50,992 nt of DNA, taken from contig CALCJD010000145.1 in NCBI GenBank assembly GCA_937960895.1, positions 1 through 50,992 of the forward strand, given 5' to 3'. A program made the position numbers and the translations under genes. Within the stretch, counting starts at the first letter, position 1. Each line of letters starts with the position of its first letter. The notes beneath the pieces are model-generated. The model was not told the origin of the DNA. It did no database searches and worked only from the letters and a program-made list of their open reading frames with translations. This DNA is from an uncultured Spartobacteria bacterium (lineage in GTDB: Bacteria > Verrucomicrobiota > Verrucomicrobiia > Chthoniobacterales > Terrimicrobiaceae). Shown here one piece after another: positions 1 to 8,664 of this stretch.

Positions 1-2892
1 GACCGCCGATGCGGGCATTCCGCCCGCCACTGGTTCCCCTTGGGCGTTGGACGTTGGATGTTCGGCGTTGGGCGTTCCGCTTTCCATCGTTTCCAGCAGC
101 CTCACCGCCAGATACTCGGCCCGATAGACATCACGATTTTCCGAAACCACCTCCTGGTCCCAGCAGTCGCGGGTGGCGAGGAAGGCGGGGTCGGTGATGG
201 GGTCGAAGTAGCGGGTGCCGGTGAGGTGGATGAACTGCTGGCCGTCGCGGTGGACGATGGTGAGGTCCAGCGGCTGGGTGTTGACGTTGAACTGGTGGCG
301 TCCGATCTGGATGACGCCGGGGCCGCCGGCAAAAAGCTCCTGGCGGTCCTTGAGCTGCCGGATTGCTTCCTGTCCGAGGCTCTTCAACCGGGTGGCCAGG
401 TCGTCGGCTTTGACGGAATCTCCGAGTTCGAGGAGTTGATCGATGGTCTCGCGGACCTTGGCGATCATCATGTCCGACGCGAGGTAGGTGTTGATTTCCT
501 CGGTCGTCTTGAAGGTGGAGAGCCGGTTGGCGACCACCTTCAGCACCCGTTCGGCGGAGGTGAGGAAGGCGGTGGCGCGTTTGTTGCGGGCTTCGACGAG
601 CGAAACCTTGCGCTGTTCGAAGGCTTCGTAGAGTTCGGTGCGGCGCTCGGCGATCTGGACGATGTATTCGTCGAACTCGGCGAACTGTCCCTCCAGCTCC
701 TCGATCTGGACGCTGATACGGTTGAGGTATTCCTCGCATTTTTGCGGGGTGTCGCAGAGGTCGAGGTAGCTGGCGGCGGATTGACCGAGCAGCTTCATCT
801 GCGCGGCGAACTGCGCGGCGCCCTCGGCGGCGACGAGTTCGCGCAGGCGGTTCTTCAGCGCGCCCCGGACCTGGTTGAGCGTGGTGTAGATCGCGGTGAT
901 CGCGTCGATGATGCGCGTCGTTTCGGTGGCGTCCTCGATTTTGAGGCTGTTGACGATCTCGATGAGCATCTCAAGCTCGCCGCTGGTCTGGACGACGGAG
1001 GTCTCGATTTTTTTGCCCTCGGCGACCTTGGTGACGGCCTGCGCGGCGGCGAGGAGATCGGCGGCGGCTTTGCGGTAGGGGTCGAGCGCCTCGGGCTTGA
1101 GGAGGAAGGAAACCGCGGAGGTGGAAAGGCGGGAAGTTTGTTCGGCGACTTCCTGTCCGGCGGCTTCGAGCGCGGCGACGTCGATGTAACGAACGTCCTT
1201 GAGCGTGATGAGTTCGCCGGTGAGGGCGCGCAGGGCGGCGAGGTTTTTGACGTAGTCGCCGAGGGACCGGAAATTCGCGCGCCGGATTTCGTCGAAGCGT
1301 TCGGAGCAGCGTTTGCGGACGGCCTCGACCTGGGCGACGGCTTCGCGCTGGAGGCGGAGGACCTTGTCGAATTCGTCGACGGCCTGATTGGCGGCTTCGC
1401 GGAGGGTTTTCAGCGATTCATTGATGCCGAACCCTTCGGGATTGGTGAGCCAGGGGTAGCCGTCGAGGACGGAGGTGCAACGCTGGACGAGGTCGGCGTA
1501 GAGCTCTGCGTAGGGATTGTCGCGGGTGGCGAGACTGATGATTTCGTTGCATTCGGCGAGGCAGCGCACGACCTCCTTGTTGCCGACCTGGTAGAGGAAG
1601 GCGTCCTTCTGCCCGGTCGGTTCAAATCCGGGCTGATAAAACGGCGTCTGGCGGAGCTGGATCTGATGGTGTTTCTGCGGTTCGTTGTCTGCGCGGAAGA
1701 GCACCATCTGTCCGTTGGGGAAAATGGAGAATCCGTGGCAGGTGAGGCGTTCCTTCACCTTTTGCGCGATGAGGCGGTAGGGAAGGAGGACGTATTCGCC
1801 GGTGGTGTGGGCGTAAAAAACGTAGAGTGAATCCTCGCCGTTGGGGGCGTGGATGACGCGTTCGAGAACGTGTCCGCCGGGGGCGGAGCCGAAGAGTTTG
1901 AGTTCGCCGGTGCCGAGGTAATAACCGTCCGGGAAGATAAGCCCGTGATCCTCGGGCAGCAGCGCGCAGGATTCGCCGAGAGAGTCCACGCGGACGACCT
2001 GCTGGGTCTTTTCGTTGAAGATGAGGTGGCGGTGGGCCTGTTCCTTGTAGGGCCGGATCTTCAGCAGGATGAGGTGATTGACAATCGCGTAGGAAATGTC
2101 GGCGTCGTCGAGTTTCTGGCGTTTGTCGTCGACGGGTTCCTCGTAGATGCCGGCGCCGGTCGAGGTGTTGTCCTCGATTTTGACGGTGAGATTGCCGCCC
2201 ACGCATTCGACGAAGACGCGGTCCTCGATGGAAATGTGCGGGTGGTCGCCGTAGCGGTAGGATTCGCGGTCGGGGGTGAGCCAGCGGAAAAAATGCGCGG
2301 GCGGAAACCCGACGCGGCGGTATTCGGACTCGGCGCGGCCGTCGACGTATTTGAGCGTGCCGCCGTCGAAGGCCCATTTGAACACGGCGATGTCGCCCGG
2401 ATTGTTTCCGGTGTGAAACACCATGTAGAGGCTGCCGCTGATGAGGGAAAATTTCGAAAAGGTGGTCTTTTCGTAGACGGTGTAGATCCGTTTGAAGTCG
2501 CTGAGGAACCGCGGATCCTCGATGTCGAGAAGCGGTTCCTCGCGGAAGACGCCGGCCTCCTCGTCGCGGCGGTAGATGCCGAAGACGTCGGAGAGTTCCA
2601 TTTCCTTCTTGAGGCCAAAACGGACGTTGAAGCCGAAGAGGAAGCGGCTGTTGCCGAGTTGCACCATGTCGGCCGGGACGCAGTTGTGTTCGGTGTTGAC
2701 GCGGTCGGCCTGGAGGATGCGGGTTTCGACGGCGCCGAAAACCTCCTGGCGGCGGGCGTCGAGTTGTTTGGTGCGTTCGCGCAGGGCATCCGCCTGCGCG
2801 CCGAGGCGCTGGCGGATGATCTCGTAAGTCGCGCTGCCGAGGGTCGAGGCGGCGGAGTCGGGTTGGGTGGATGATGGGGTGGGATCGGCCAC
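1..2892 (-). CDS. Large conserved hypothetical protein, at least 960 aa visible, C-terminus beyond the window edge; likely co-transcribed with the upstream flotillin gene
   Basis: I translated the reverse complement by hand in the codon register shared with the antisense plus-strand ORFs 40..1830 and 1849..2874. The result is a stop-free frame with near-saturated GC3 and protein-like sequence (e.g. ...LFAGGPGVIQIGRHQFNVNTQPLDLTIVHRDGQQFIHLTGTRYFDPITDPAFLATRD... near the window start). The frame is bounded upstream by TGA (plus coordinates 2998-3000). The first start candidate is GTG at 2890-2892 (MADPTPSSTQPDSAAS...). It is not in the ORF track because it has no in-window stop. The N-terminal ~450 aa are beta-rich, followed by a long helical region. 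I saw no Walker A motif. Confidence 0.6.
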   Translation of the reverse strand, partial: MADPTPSSTQPDSAASTLGSATYEIIRQRLGAQADALRERTKQLDARRQEVFGAVETRILQADRVNTEHNCVPADMVQLGNSRFLFGFNVRFGLKKEMELSDVFGIYRRDEEAGVFREEPLLDIEDPRFLSDFKRIYTVYEKTTFSKFSLISGSLYMVFHTGNNPGDIAVFKWAFDGGTLKYVDGRAESEYRRVGFPPAHFFRWLTPDRESYRYGDHPHISIEDRVFVECVGGNLTVKIEDNTSTGAGIYEEPVDDKRQKLDDADISYAIVNHLILLKIRPYKEQAHRHLIFNEKTQQVVRVDSLGESCALLPEDHGLIFPDGYYLGTGELKLFGSAPGGHVLERVIHAPNGEDSLYVFYAHTTGEYVLLPYRLIAQKVKERLTCHGFSIFPNGQMVLFRADNEPQKHHQIQLRQTPFYQPGFEPTGQKDAFLYQVGNKEVVRCLAECNEIISLATRDNPYAELYADLVQRCTSVLDGYPWLTNPEGFGINESLKTLREAANQAVDEFDKVLRLQREAVAQVEAVRKRCSERFDEIRRANFRSLGDYVKNLAALRALTGELITLKDVRYIDVAALEAAGQEVAEQTSRLSTSAVSFLLKPEALDPYRKAAADLLAAAQAVTKVAEGKKIETSVVQTSGELEMLIEIVNSLKIEDATETTRIIDAITAIYTTLNQVRGALKNRLRELVAAEGAAQFAAQMKLLGQSAASYLDLCDTPQKCEEYLNRISVQIEELEGQFAEFDEYIVQIAERRTELYEAFEQRKVSLVEARNKRATAFLTSAERVLKVVANRLSTFKTTEEINTYLASDMMIAKVRETIDQLLELGDSVKADDLATRLKSLGQEAIRQLKDRQELFAGGPGVIQIGRHQFNVNTQPLDLTIVHRDGQQFIHLTGTRYFDPITDPAFLATRDCWDQEVVSENRDVYRAEYLAVRLLETMESGTPNAEHPTSNAQGEPVAGGMPASAV

Positions 2893-3138
2893 GTATTTAT
2901 CGCGTCCCTGCAGGCCGCGGTCGGGTTTTGTGGATCGCGTTACCCGGGCCTTTGGCCTGGGCAGTGTTGTTTTTGCCCCTTTGGGGCAAAGACGATTTCA
3001 CCTGCACCAAAGGCGCATCATCCCGTGGCCCAAGTCGGGGGCCCCGGTTCGAAGGCCGGAGGCCCGGGTTGGGGAACCGGCGGCCCGGGGTCGGTCGGCG
3101 GGTATCGCAAAATGGGTTCGTCCTGAAGGGACGGGGTT

Positions 3139-5286
3139 TCATTTTCCGGTCTTGAGCGCGGAATCGGCGGGGATCTCGGCGAGGCCGGCTTCTCGGGCGA
3201 AGGCCCGGGCGGATTCCAGCATGGCGGACGTGCCGCCGTCCTTGCTGCTGGCGAGGAGCTTGGTGAGGAGCGCGGCCACGCTGAGATTTTTGAGGTCCTC
3301 ACTGCTCACTCCGAAATCCTTCACCCACGCGCGAAGCCGGGTTTTGAATTTCTCCGGGTCTCCGCCGAAGAGCGAGTTTTTGACGTCCGTGATGGTCTGG
3401 CTGCTGGCAACGAGGCGATCCACCGAGCGGCCCGTGCCGACGGCGCGGACCACCTTCTGGAAGAAGTCGTTTTCGCCGCCGACGATGTCGATCTTCGCGG
3501 ACTTGAGGGCTTCGCCGACGACGGCGGCGTGGGAGGCGGCGATGGCTTTCTCGACCTCGATGGCGGCGAGTTCGACATCGCGCTCCTTGGCGAGGCGCAG
3601 GCGGAACTCCTCGTGGTGCTGGCCGGCTTCGTGGAGGAGTTTCATGGCCTTGGCCTTTTCCTCGATGCTCCGGGCTTCGGCGAGGCCGCGGGCCTCGATG
3701 CCCGCCGCGGAGGCGAGTTCCTTGTCCTTGATGCCCTCGGCTTCCGCCTCGGCGACGGTCTGGGTGACCTCGGCTTCGGCGCGGCCCTTGGCCGAAATGA
3801 CTTCGGCTTCGGCAAGTCCGGCGGTTTTTTCCGCGGCGGCCTTGGCGGTGATGACCTTGGCCTCGGCGAGTCCGGGCGCGGCCTCCTTGGCGGCGAGTCC
3901 TTCGGCCTCCTGCTCCATGGCATGACGTTTCTTCTCGGCGGCGCGGGCCTCGGCGTCGGCGATGGTCTGGAGACGCTCGGCTTCGCGCAGCGCGGCGTCG
4001 CGCGCGGCGTCGGCGGCGGTGATGGTCTTGATTTTTTCGGCTTCGGCGAGGTTGCGGTCGGCTTCCTTCTGGGCTTCGGCGGCGACGACCTTGACGACCT
4101 GTTCCTTCTTGGCGTTTTTGTCGGCTTCGATGAGGGCGACCTCACGCTCGCGCTCGGCGGTCATGCGGGCGGCGATGGTGTTTTTCTCCTCCTCCTGCTC
4201 GACGACGGCCTTTTGTTCGGCCACGACGATGGCGCGCTTGCGTTCGACCTCCACGGCGGCCTCGGCGATCTTGATTTCCTTGTCCATCTCGGACAGGGCG
4301 ACGATGCGCTCCCGGCGGACGCGGGCCTCCTCGCCTTCCTGCCTGGCTTCCTCCTCGAGGCGCTGTTTCTCCTTGATGACGGTGTATTGCCGCTCCTGGA
4401 CGGCGCGGTTCATGTCCTCGGTGCGCAGCCGGATGGCTTCGTCGGTCTCGAGGCGTTTTTGTTCGACGTCGAGGCGGCGGAGTTCGACCACCTTGGCGGC
4501 TTCGGCCTCCTCGTTGGTTTTGACCTCGAGGATGGCGCGCTGTTGTTTGGCGGTGTCCTCCGCGTCGCGGCGCTGCTGCTCGCGCTTGGCGATGGCGGCG
4601 TCGGCGTTTTCCTTTTCGATATTGACCTGCGCACGCTGGGCAAACTCGTTGGCAAGGACGCGTTCGCGCTGGGTGATCTGGGTGATTTTCTTGATGCCTT
4701 CGGAGTCGAGCACGTTGTCGGGATCGTGCTGCTCGAGCGGGGTTTGTTCGAGGTAATCGATGGCGACGTCCTGGAGAATGAATCCGTCGAGGTCCTTGCC
4801 GATGGTGTTCTGGATCTCGTCACGGAACCGCAGGCGCTCGGTGAAAAGTTCGTGGAACTCCATCTGCTTGCCGGCGGTCTTGAGCGCCTCCGAAAACTTG
4901 GCTTCGAAGAGTTCACGAAGCTGGTTCATGTCGGAGACGCGCTCCGGCGTGAGCATCTGGGCGACTTTTTTCACGCTCTCCTCGGTGGCTTCGACGCGGA
5001 TGTAAAATGCGACCGTGATGTCGGCGCGGATGTTGTCGCGACAGACCAGCCCGTCCTTGCCCTTGCGCGTGATCTCGAGCTTTTTCACCGAGATGTCGAT
5101 GATGTGGTAGGTCTGCAGGAACGGGATCCGGATCATCCAGTCGAAGGCGACCTGGAGTCCGCCGAATCCGGTCTTCACCCCGGCGCGTCCCGGCTGGATC
5201 TTCCGGATGCACAAAAAGAAGAAGGCGAGGAACGCGGTGATTATGATGGCGAGGCCGATCAGAATGAGAATCTGCGTTACGGACAT
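3139..5286 (-). CDS. Flotillin-like SPFH/band-7 domain protein with an N-terminal TM helix and a long Glu/Ala-rich coiled-coil tail
   Basis: 715-aa ORF with an N-terminal hydrophobic helix (ILILIGLAIIITAFLAFFFL) and an SPFH core (GLQVAFDWMIRIPFLQTYHIIDISVKKLEI...). It has a long EA-rich coiled coil (AEAEAEGIKDKELASAAGIEARGLAEA...) typical of bacterial flotillins (YqiK/FloA type). The upstream intergenic region 5287-5610 is AT-rich. Confidence 0.85.
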   Translation of the reverse strand: MSVTQILILIGLAIIITAFLAFFFLCIRKIQPGRAGVKTGFGGLQVAFDWMIRIPFLQTYHIIDISVKKLEITRKGKDGLVCRDNIRADITVAFYIRVEATEESVKKVAQMLTPERVSDMNQLRELFEAKFSEALKTAGKQMEFHELFTERLRFRDEIQNTIGKDLDGFILQDVAIDYLEQTPLEQHDPDNVLDSEGIKKITQITQRERVLANEFAQRAQVNIEKENADAAIAKREQQRRDAEDTAKQQRAILEVKTNEEAEAAKVVELRRLDVEQKRLETDEAIRLRTEDMNRAVQERQYTVIKEKQRLEEEARQEGEEARVRRERIVALSEMDKEIKIAEAAVEVERKRAIVVAEQKAVVEQEEEKNTIAARMTAEREREVALIEADKNAKKEQVVKVVAAEAQKEADRNLAEAEKIKTITAADAARDAALREAERLQTIADAEARAAEKKRHAMEQEAEGLAAKEAAPGLAEAKVITAKAAAEKTAGLAEAEVISAKGRAEAEVTQTVAEAEAEGIKDKELASAAGIEARGLAEARSIEEKAKAMKLLHEAGQHHEEFRLRLAKERDVELAAIEVEKAIAASHAAVVGEALKSAKIDIVGGENDFFQKVVRAVGTGRSVDRLVASSQTITDVKNSLFGGDPEKFKTRLRAWVKDFGVSSEDLKNLSVAALLTKLLASSKDGGTSAMLESARAFAREAGLAEIPADSALKTGK

Positions 5287-5610
5287 GGGCTGTGATGGGT
5301 TGTCGTCTCGAAAGCTCCTTCCTGCAAAGCAAACGACCAGGTGCCCGCGGGGAGAGAAGTCAAGGTGAGGTTGCGCGAATCAGATGCGTCCAGTGGTCGA
5401 TATGCAAGGAAATCCGAAGCAAAAAATTCGGCACCGATCGGGGTGGGCTGGGGGGAGTTTGCTTTGTCTTCATAAGACCTGAGGAAATAAGCTTTCAAAG
5501 GTGCAAGAAAATAAACGACTTATAAAAAAACGGGATGTCTGGGTGCGTGGGAAAAGGGGGCGGGAACAAGGGAGGCCGGCAAAATTTTCTCACTCCCGGC
5601 TGGCTTCCGT

Positions 5611-6075
5611 TTGGGATCCCGCTTAGGAATCGCCGTCATGTGGCTGGTGTATGCGCTGGCGGCGGCGGTGATTTGGGGAATCAGTTACGCGGCGAGCGGC
5701 CGGGCGATTGACCGCGGGATGTCGCCGCTCGGGATGTTTTTCAGCTACACGCTGATTGGAGCCGTGGCGGCGGCGGTGGTGATGCTGGTCACGGGACGCC
5801 TGGGTGCGTTTCCGGCGGAAGTGCGCGGTTTGGGTCGGGATGTGGGGTGGTTTCTCCTGGCCGTTGTCACTTCGGCCGGCGGGGCGCTGCTCATTTACAT
5901 GGCGATCGGTGAAAAGAACGCCACCCTGGCATCCCTGATCGAGATTTCGTATCCGGTGTTCGTCGCGATCTTTGCGTGGCTGTTTTTCCGGGAAACGCAG
6001 TTCAACGCGGCGACGATCGTGGGCGGCGCGATGATCCTCGGCGGAGTGGCGGTGGTGTATTTGGGAAACCGTTAG
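5611..6075 (+). CDS. Small EamA/DMT-like membrane protein (4 TM helices)
   Basis: 154-aa ORF with four hydrophobic helices and glycine-rich DMT-like helix ends (LILGGVAVVYLGN). Half-size DMT family architecture. Confidence 0.6.
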   Translation: MGSRLGIAVMWLVYALAAAVIWGISYAASGRAIDRGMSPLGMFFSYTLIGAVAAAVVMLVTGRLGAFPAEVRGLGRDVGWFLLAVVTSAGGALLIYMAIGEKNATLASLIEISYPVFVAIFAWLFFRETQFNAATIVGGAMILGGVAVVYLGNR

Positions 6076-6101
6076 GCCCGAGGGGCGGAAGGGGCGGAGT
6101 C

Positions 6102-6464
6102 TTATTGATCGTCCTGATCTTCGCAGGCGGAGAGCCGTTGATCGCGTTCGGCTTCCTCGAGGCCTTCATTGAAAAGCTGTTCGACGGGACTCTCCTCATC
6201 CTCGGGTCCGATGCGCGGAGCCTGGTGACCGGCTGATCCGGCGGCTTCACTCCAGAGGCGCACCGGATGTTCGGTTTCGTCGGCTTCGGGAGCCGGCGGT
6301 GGTCCGGCATGAAGCAACTCCTCGCGGGCGCGGGCGCGGTCCACGGCATTCGCGGCGTTTCGACCGTCCATGCGGGCGATTTCCTGCGCCCGTCGTTCGA
6401 GATCACTCTCACTGAGTTCGCCGATGCCGGCGCCGTGGATTTGGATTCTTCCGGGAGTGTTCAT
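6102..6464 (-). CDS. Hypothetical acidic protein
   Basis: 120-aa ORF with GC3-rich codon usage when translated by hand. No recognisable domain. Convergent with the EamA-like gene. Confidence 0.45.
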   Translation of the reverse strand: MNTPGRIQIHGAGIGELSESDLERRAQEIARMDGRNAANAVDRARAREELLHAGPPPAPEADETEHPVRLWSEAAGSAGHQAPRIGPEDEESPVEQLFNEGLEEAERDQRLSACEDQDDQ

Positions 6465-6609
6465 AGGCGAGGAGCGTGGATGGTTGCGGGGGAATCGTGT
6501 GCCATGACGCAGGTGCGTGGATTCAACTCCGGCGCGCCTCAGGGCGCGTTCAGGGTGGACCCCGATTGTCGTCCCGACGGCGGGAAGTTACAAGTTTTCC
6601 ATTCGCCAA

Positions 6610-6792
6610 ATGAGTACGCAAACCGACACCTGCAGAGAACGGAGCAAACGGAGCGAAAACAAACCGGAGAACAACCGGAAGCGTCTGGAAAGAATGCTCC
6701 GAATCATGATGCGCGAAGGTCTGGATTTCACCGCAGACGCCGCTTTCAGCGAAATCAGCCTCCCCCGGAATCCGCGGCGGGTCATCGAATGA
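6610..6792 (+). CDS. Possible small basic protein (60 aa)
   Basis: Internal ATG of track ORF 6517..6792 (MSTQTDTCRERSKRSENKPENNRKRLERMLRIMMREGLDF...). It lies in a 435-bp gap between two minus-strand genes. GC is lower than the surroundings. Speculative. Confidence 0.25.
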   Translation: MSTQTDTCRERSKRSENKPENNRKRLERMLRIMMREGLDFTADAAFSEISLPRNPRRVIE

Positions 6793-6899
6793 GGATTTCT
6801 CCGTTCGGGCGGCCGCAATCGAAGGCCGGACCGAAATGATGACCGGCGGGCGCAATCCGGGAGGGTGGAAAAACACGCTGAAGCGTGAACTCCCGCCAA

Positions 6900-7760
6900 T
6901 CAGGAATTTTCGAGTCCGCTTTTCTGTCCGGGATCGGTCACATTGTGCGCGAGGACGGTTTCTCCGAGGTGCAGCGGACGGAGAGCGGGATTTTCCCGCG
7001 TGAGATCGTCCTGGGGTTGGTAGCCGAGCAATTCCCGGGCGTCGGAGATGTCGAGGCGCTTGAAGCGGTTGTCGCTGACGCCGTGAAAAATGGCGAAACG
7101 CAGCCGCGTGTCGTCGATGCATTTCACGATGAGGCTGTGCAGATCGCGGCGTGAGACAAAGCAATCCATCATCCAGAGCGAATCCTCCTTTCGCGCCGTT
7201 TCCATGGATTGGAAGGCGCCGATGCGGAGTGCGATGACGGAAAGGCCTTCCTTTTCGGCATAATAACGGCCGAGGGCTTCGGCGAAACATTTGGAAACTC
7301 CGTAGAGGTCGCCCGGATTGACCGGTTCCGCGGTGCGCACTTGGACATCGGCGGAATAACCGGAGACGGCGTGGATGGATGAGGCCAGGACCACACGCCG
7401 GCAGCCGGCGGTTTTGGCGGCGGCGAGGACATTGCGGGTTCCCTTGATGTTGGCTTCCAGCAGTTCGTCCCAACCGGCATCCGGCCGTGGATTGCCCGCG
7501 AGATGAAGCACGGTGTCGATGCCGGCGCAGGCTTTTTCCAAGGCGGCGCAGTCATCCAGGGTGCCTGTCACGATTTCCCCGAACGCCTCGAGTTTGTGCG
7601 ACCGGTCGTCCTTGGTGCGCACAAGAAGGCGCCTGTGATGATGACCCGGGGCATGACCGGTGTAATAGGAACCGATGCGGCCGGCGGCCCCGGTGACCAG
7701 AACCTTTCGGATCCGCGGCGGCAGGGAAGGCAGGGGGGCGAGCGAATAGGAAAGCGCCAT
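6900..7760 (-). CDS. NAD-dependent epimerase/dehydratase family protein (extended SDR)
   Basis: The C-terminal 286 aa of track ORF 6900..8717 start at MALSYS... (ATG on the minus strand, plus coordinates 7758-7760, verified in sequence). They carry a GxxGxxG Rossmann motif (VLVTGAAGRIG) and a YxxxK motif (YGVSK). The upstream 319 codons of the track ORF are Arg/Gly/His-rich junk overlapping real plus-strand genes. Confidence 0.75.
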   Translation of the reverse strand: MALSYSLAPLPSLPPRIRKVLVTGAAGRIGSYYTGHAPGHHHRRLLVRTKDDRSHKLEAFGEIVTGTLDDCAALEKACAGIDTVLHLAGNPRPDAGWDELLEANIKGTRNVLAAAKTAGCRRVVLASSIHAVSGYSADVQVRTAEPVNPGDLYGVSKCFAEALGRYYAEKEGLSVIALRIGAFQSMETARKEDSLWMMDCFVSRRDLHSLIVKCIDDTRLRFAIFHGVSDNRFKRLDISDARELLGYQPQDDLTRENPALRPLHLGETVLAHNVTDPGQKSGLENS

Positions 7761-7841
7761 GCGCGAGGGATTCGTATGGGACGGAGGACCCGGATGGGGA
7801 AACTTCCCAATCAAATACGTCCAAACGCATGTCCGGATGCG

Positions 7842-8201
7842 ATGTTGGGGAAATCCCTTTTTGCCATGGACTTTCCCCCGGAAAATTTCGAAGCGGGTCA
7901 AGCGGCGAACGGCGTGGTCCGGCTGGCCCGGGACCGCGCCCAGCAGGCCCTGCGCACCGGATGCGAGCGTGCCCGGGAAAATCCCATTCCCGTGGTGCTG
8001 GGCGCCCTGCTCATCGGAGTGGCGGTCGGCCTGCTCTGTGGACGCCACCGGTCGCAGCCGAGGGAGGTGGGTCAGATGGCGCGGGAACTTTTTGATGAAA
8101 TGTCCGCGCGGCTGGCCCGTCGTTTGCATTGGGCCAATGGTTCCCGGTCCCGGGGAGGCCATCGCGCCGGCGCGGACAAAAAATCGACACGCTTTCACTG
8201 A
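7842..8201 (+). CDS. Hypothetical small membrane protein (one TM helix); possible first gene of the signalling operon
   Basis: Internal ATG (7842-7844, verified) of track ORF 7503..8201. Sequence: MLGKSLFAMDFPPENFEAGQAANGVVRLARDRAQQALRTGCERARENPIPVVLGALLIGVAVGLLCG.... GC3 is moderately high. The stop lies 3 nt before the next gene start at 8205. Confidence 0.4.
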   Translation: MLGKSLFAMDFPPENFEAGQAANGVVRLARDRAQQALRTGCERARENPIPVVLGALLIGVAVGLLCGRHRSQPREVGQMARELFDEMSARLARRLHWANGSRSRGGHRAGADKKSTRFH

Positions 8202-8204
8202 CTT

Positions 8205-8591
8205 ATGAAAACATCCGTCCCATCCCTGCCGCATGAGGTCATGGCCTTTCCCCGCGTCGCCATTTTTCTTTCGGATTCCGAAATGATGGCGGAGCTCGAG
8301 ACCATTTTGCGGAGCCATTATTCGAGTCTTATGATTGTCACCGACAAGGCGAAGCTCGCGGAGTTTGCCCTGCCGCTCATTGTGCTGGTGGACTCCATCC
8401 GGGACGCTGCGGAAATCCGGGCCGTGCATCCGGTGGAGGGCACGCAAGTGCTTATTGTTCTTGAGGAAGGTGACAGCGAAATTGAGGCGGCGGCCTTTGA
8501 TGTGGGAGCCGATGATTGTTTGGCTTATCCCTTCGATCCCGCCGCCGTCATCGGAAAGATCGAGAAATACCTCGAAGCCTTCCGTGGATGA
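8205..8591 (+). CDS. Receiver (REC)-like domain protein, atypical; likely a pseudo-receiver
   Basis: 128 aa with a CheY-like beta-alpha pattern. The acceptor Asp equivalent is present (LIVLVDS). The conserved Thr/Ser after beta4 is replaced (LIVLEEG). The conserved Lys of beta5 is replaced by Tyr (DCLAYPFDP instead of xxxKPF). The N-terminal acidic pair is DS rather than DD. Confidence 0.7.
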   Translation: MKTSVPSLPHEVMAFPRVAIFLSDSEMMAELETILRSHYSSLMIVTDKAKLAEFALPLIVLVDSIRDAAEIRAVHPVEGTQVLIVLEEGDSEIEAAAFDVGADDCLAYPFDPAAVIGKIEKYLEAFRG

Positions 8592-8664
8592 TTTTCCCTG
8601 GAAGGATCGGCGGGGGACCTGTAAGCTGCCGGACGGCTTTCCGGCCGAGGCTCCCGATTCTTCG

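Noticed and set aside
40-2874. Plus-strand ORFs 40..1830 (596 aa) and 1849..2874 (341 aa)
   Set aside because: G/E/D/V/L/A-dominated composition, with first codon positions almost all G and third positions mixed. They are the antisense shadow of the real minus-strand gene in the same codon register.
3650-4100. Short direct repeats considered as a possible CRISPR or tandem-repeat array
   Set aside because: They are the Glu/Ala-rich coiled-coil coding repeats of flotillin (GCGGAG/GCCGAG-type codon repeats). There is no repeat-spacer architecture anywhere in the window.
3529-5295. Plus-strand 588-aa ORF
   Set aside because: Antisense of the flotillin gene. Gly/Leu/Asp-rich with no protein-like features.
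5611-6075. 154-aa EamA-like gene considered a truncated pseudogene
   Set aside because: Half-size (4-TM) DMT/SMR-like proteins exist as functional units. The ORF is intact with an in-frame stop, so it is kept as a gene.
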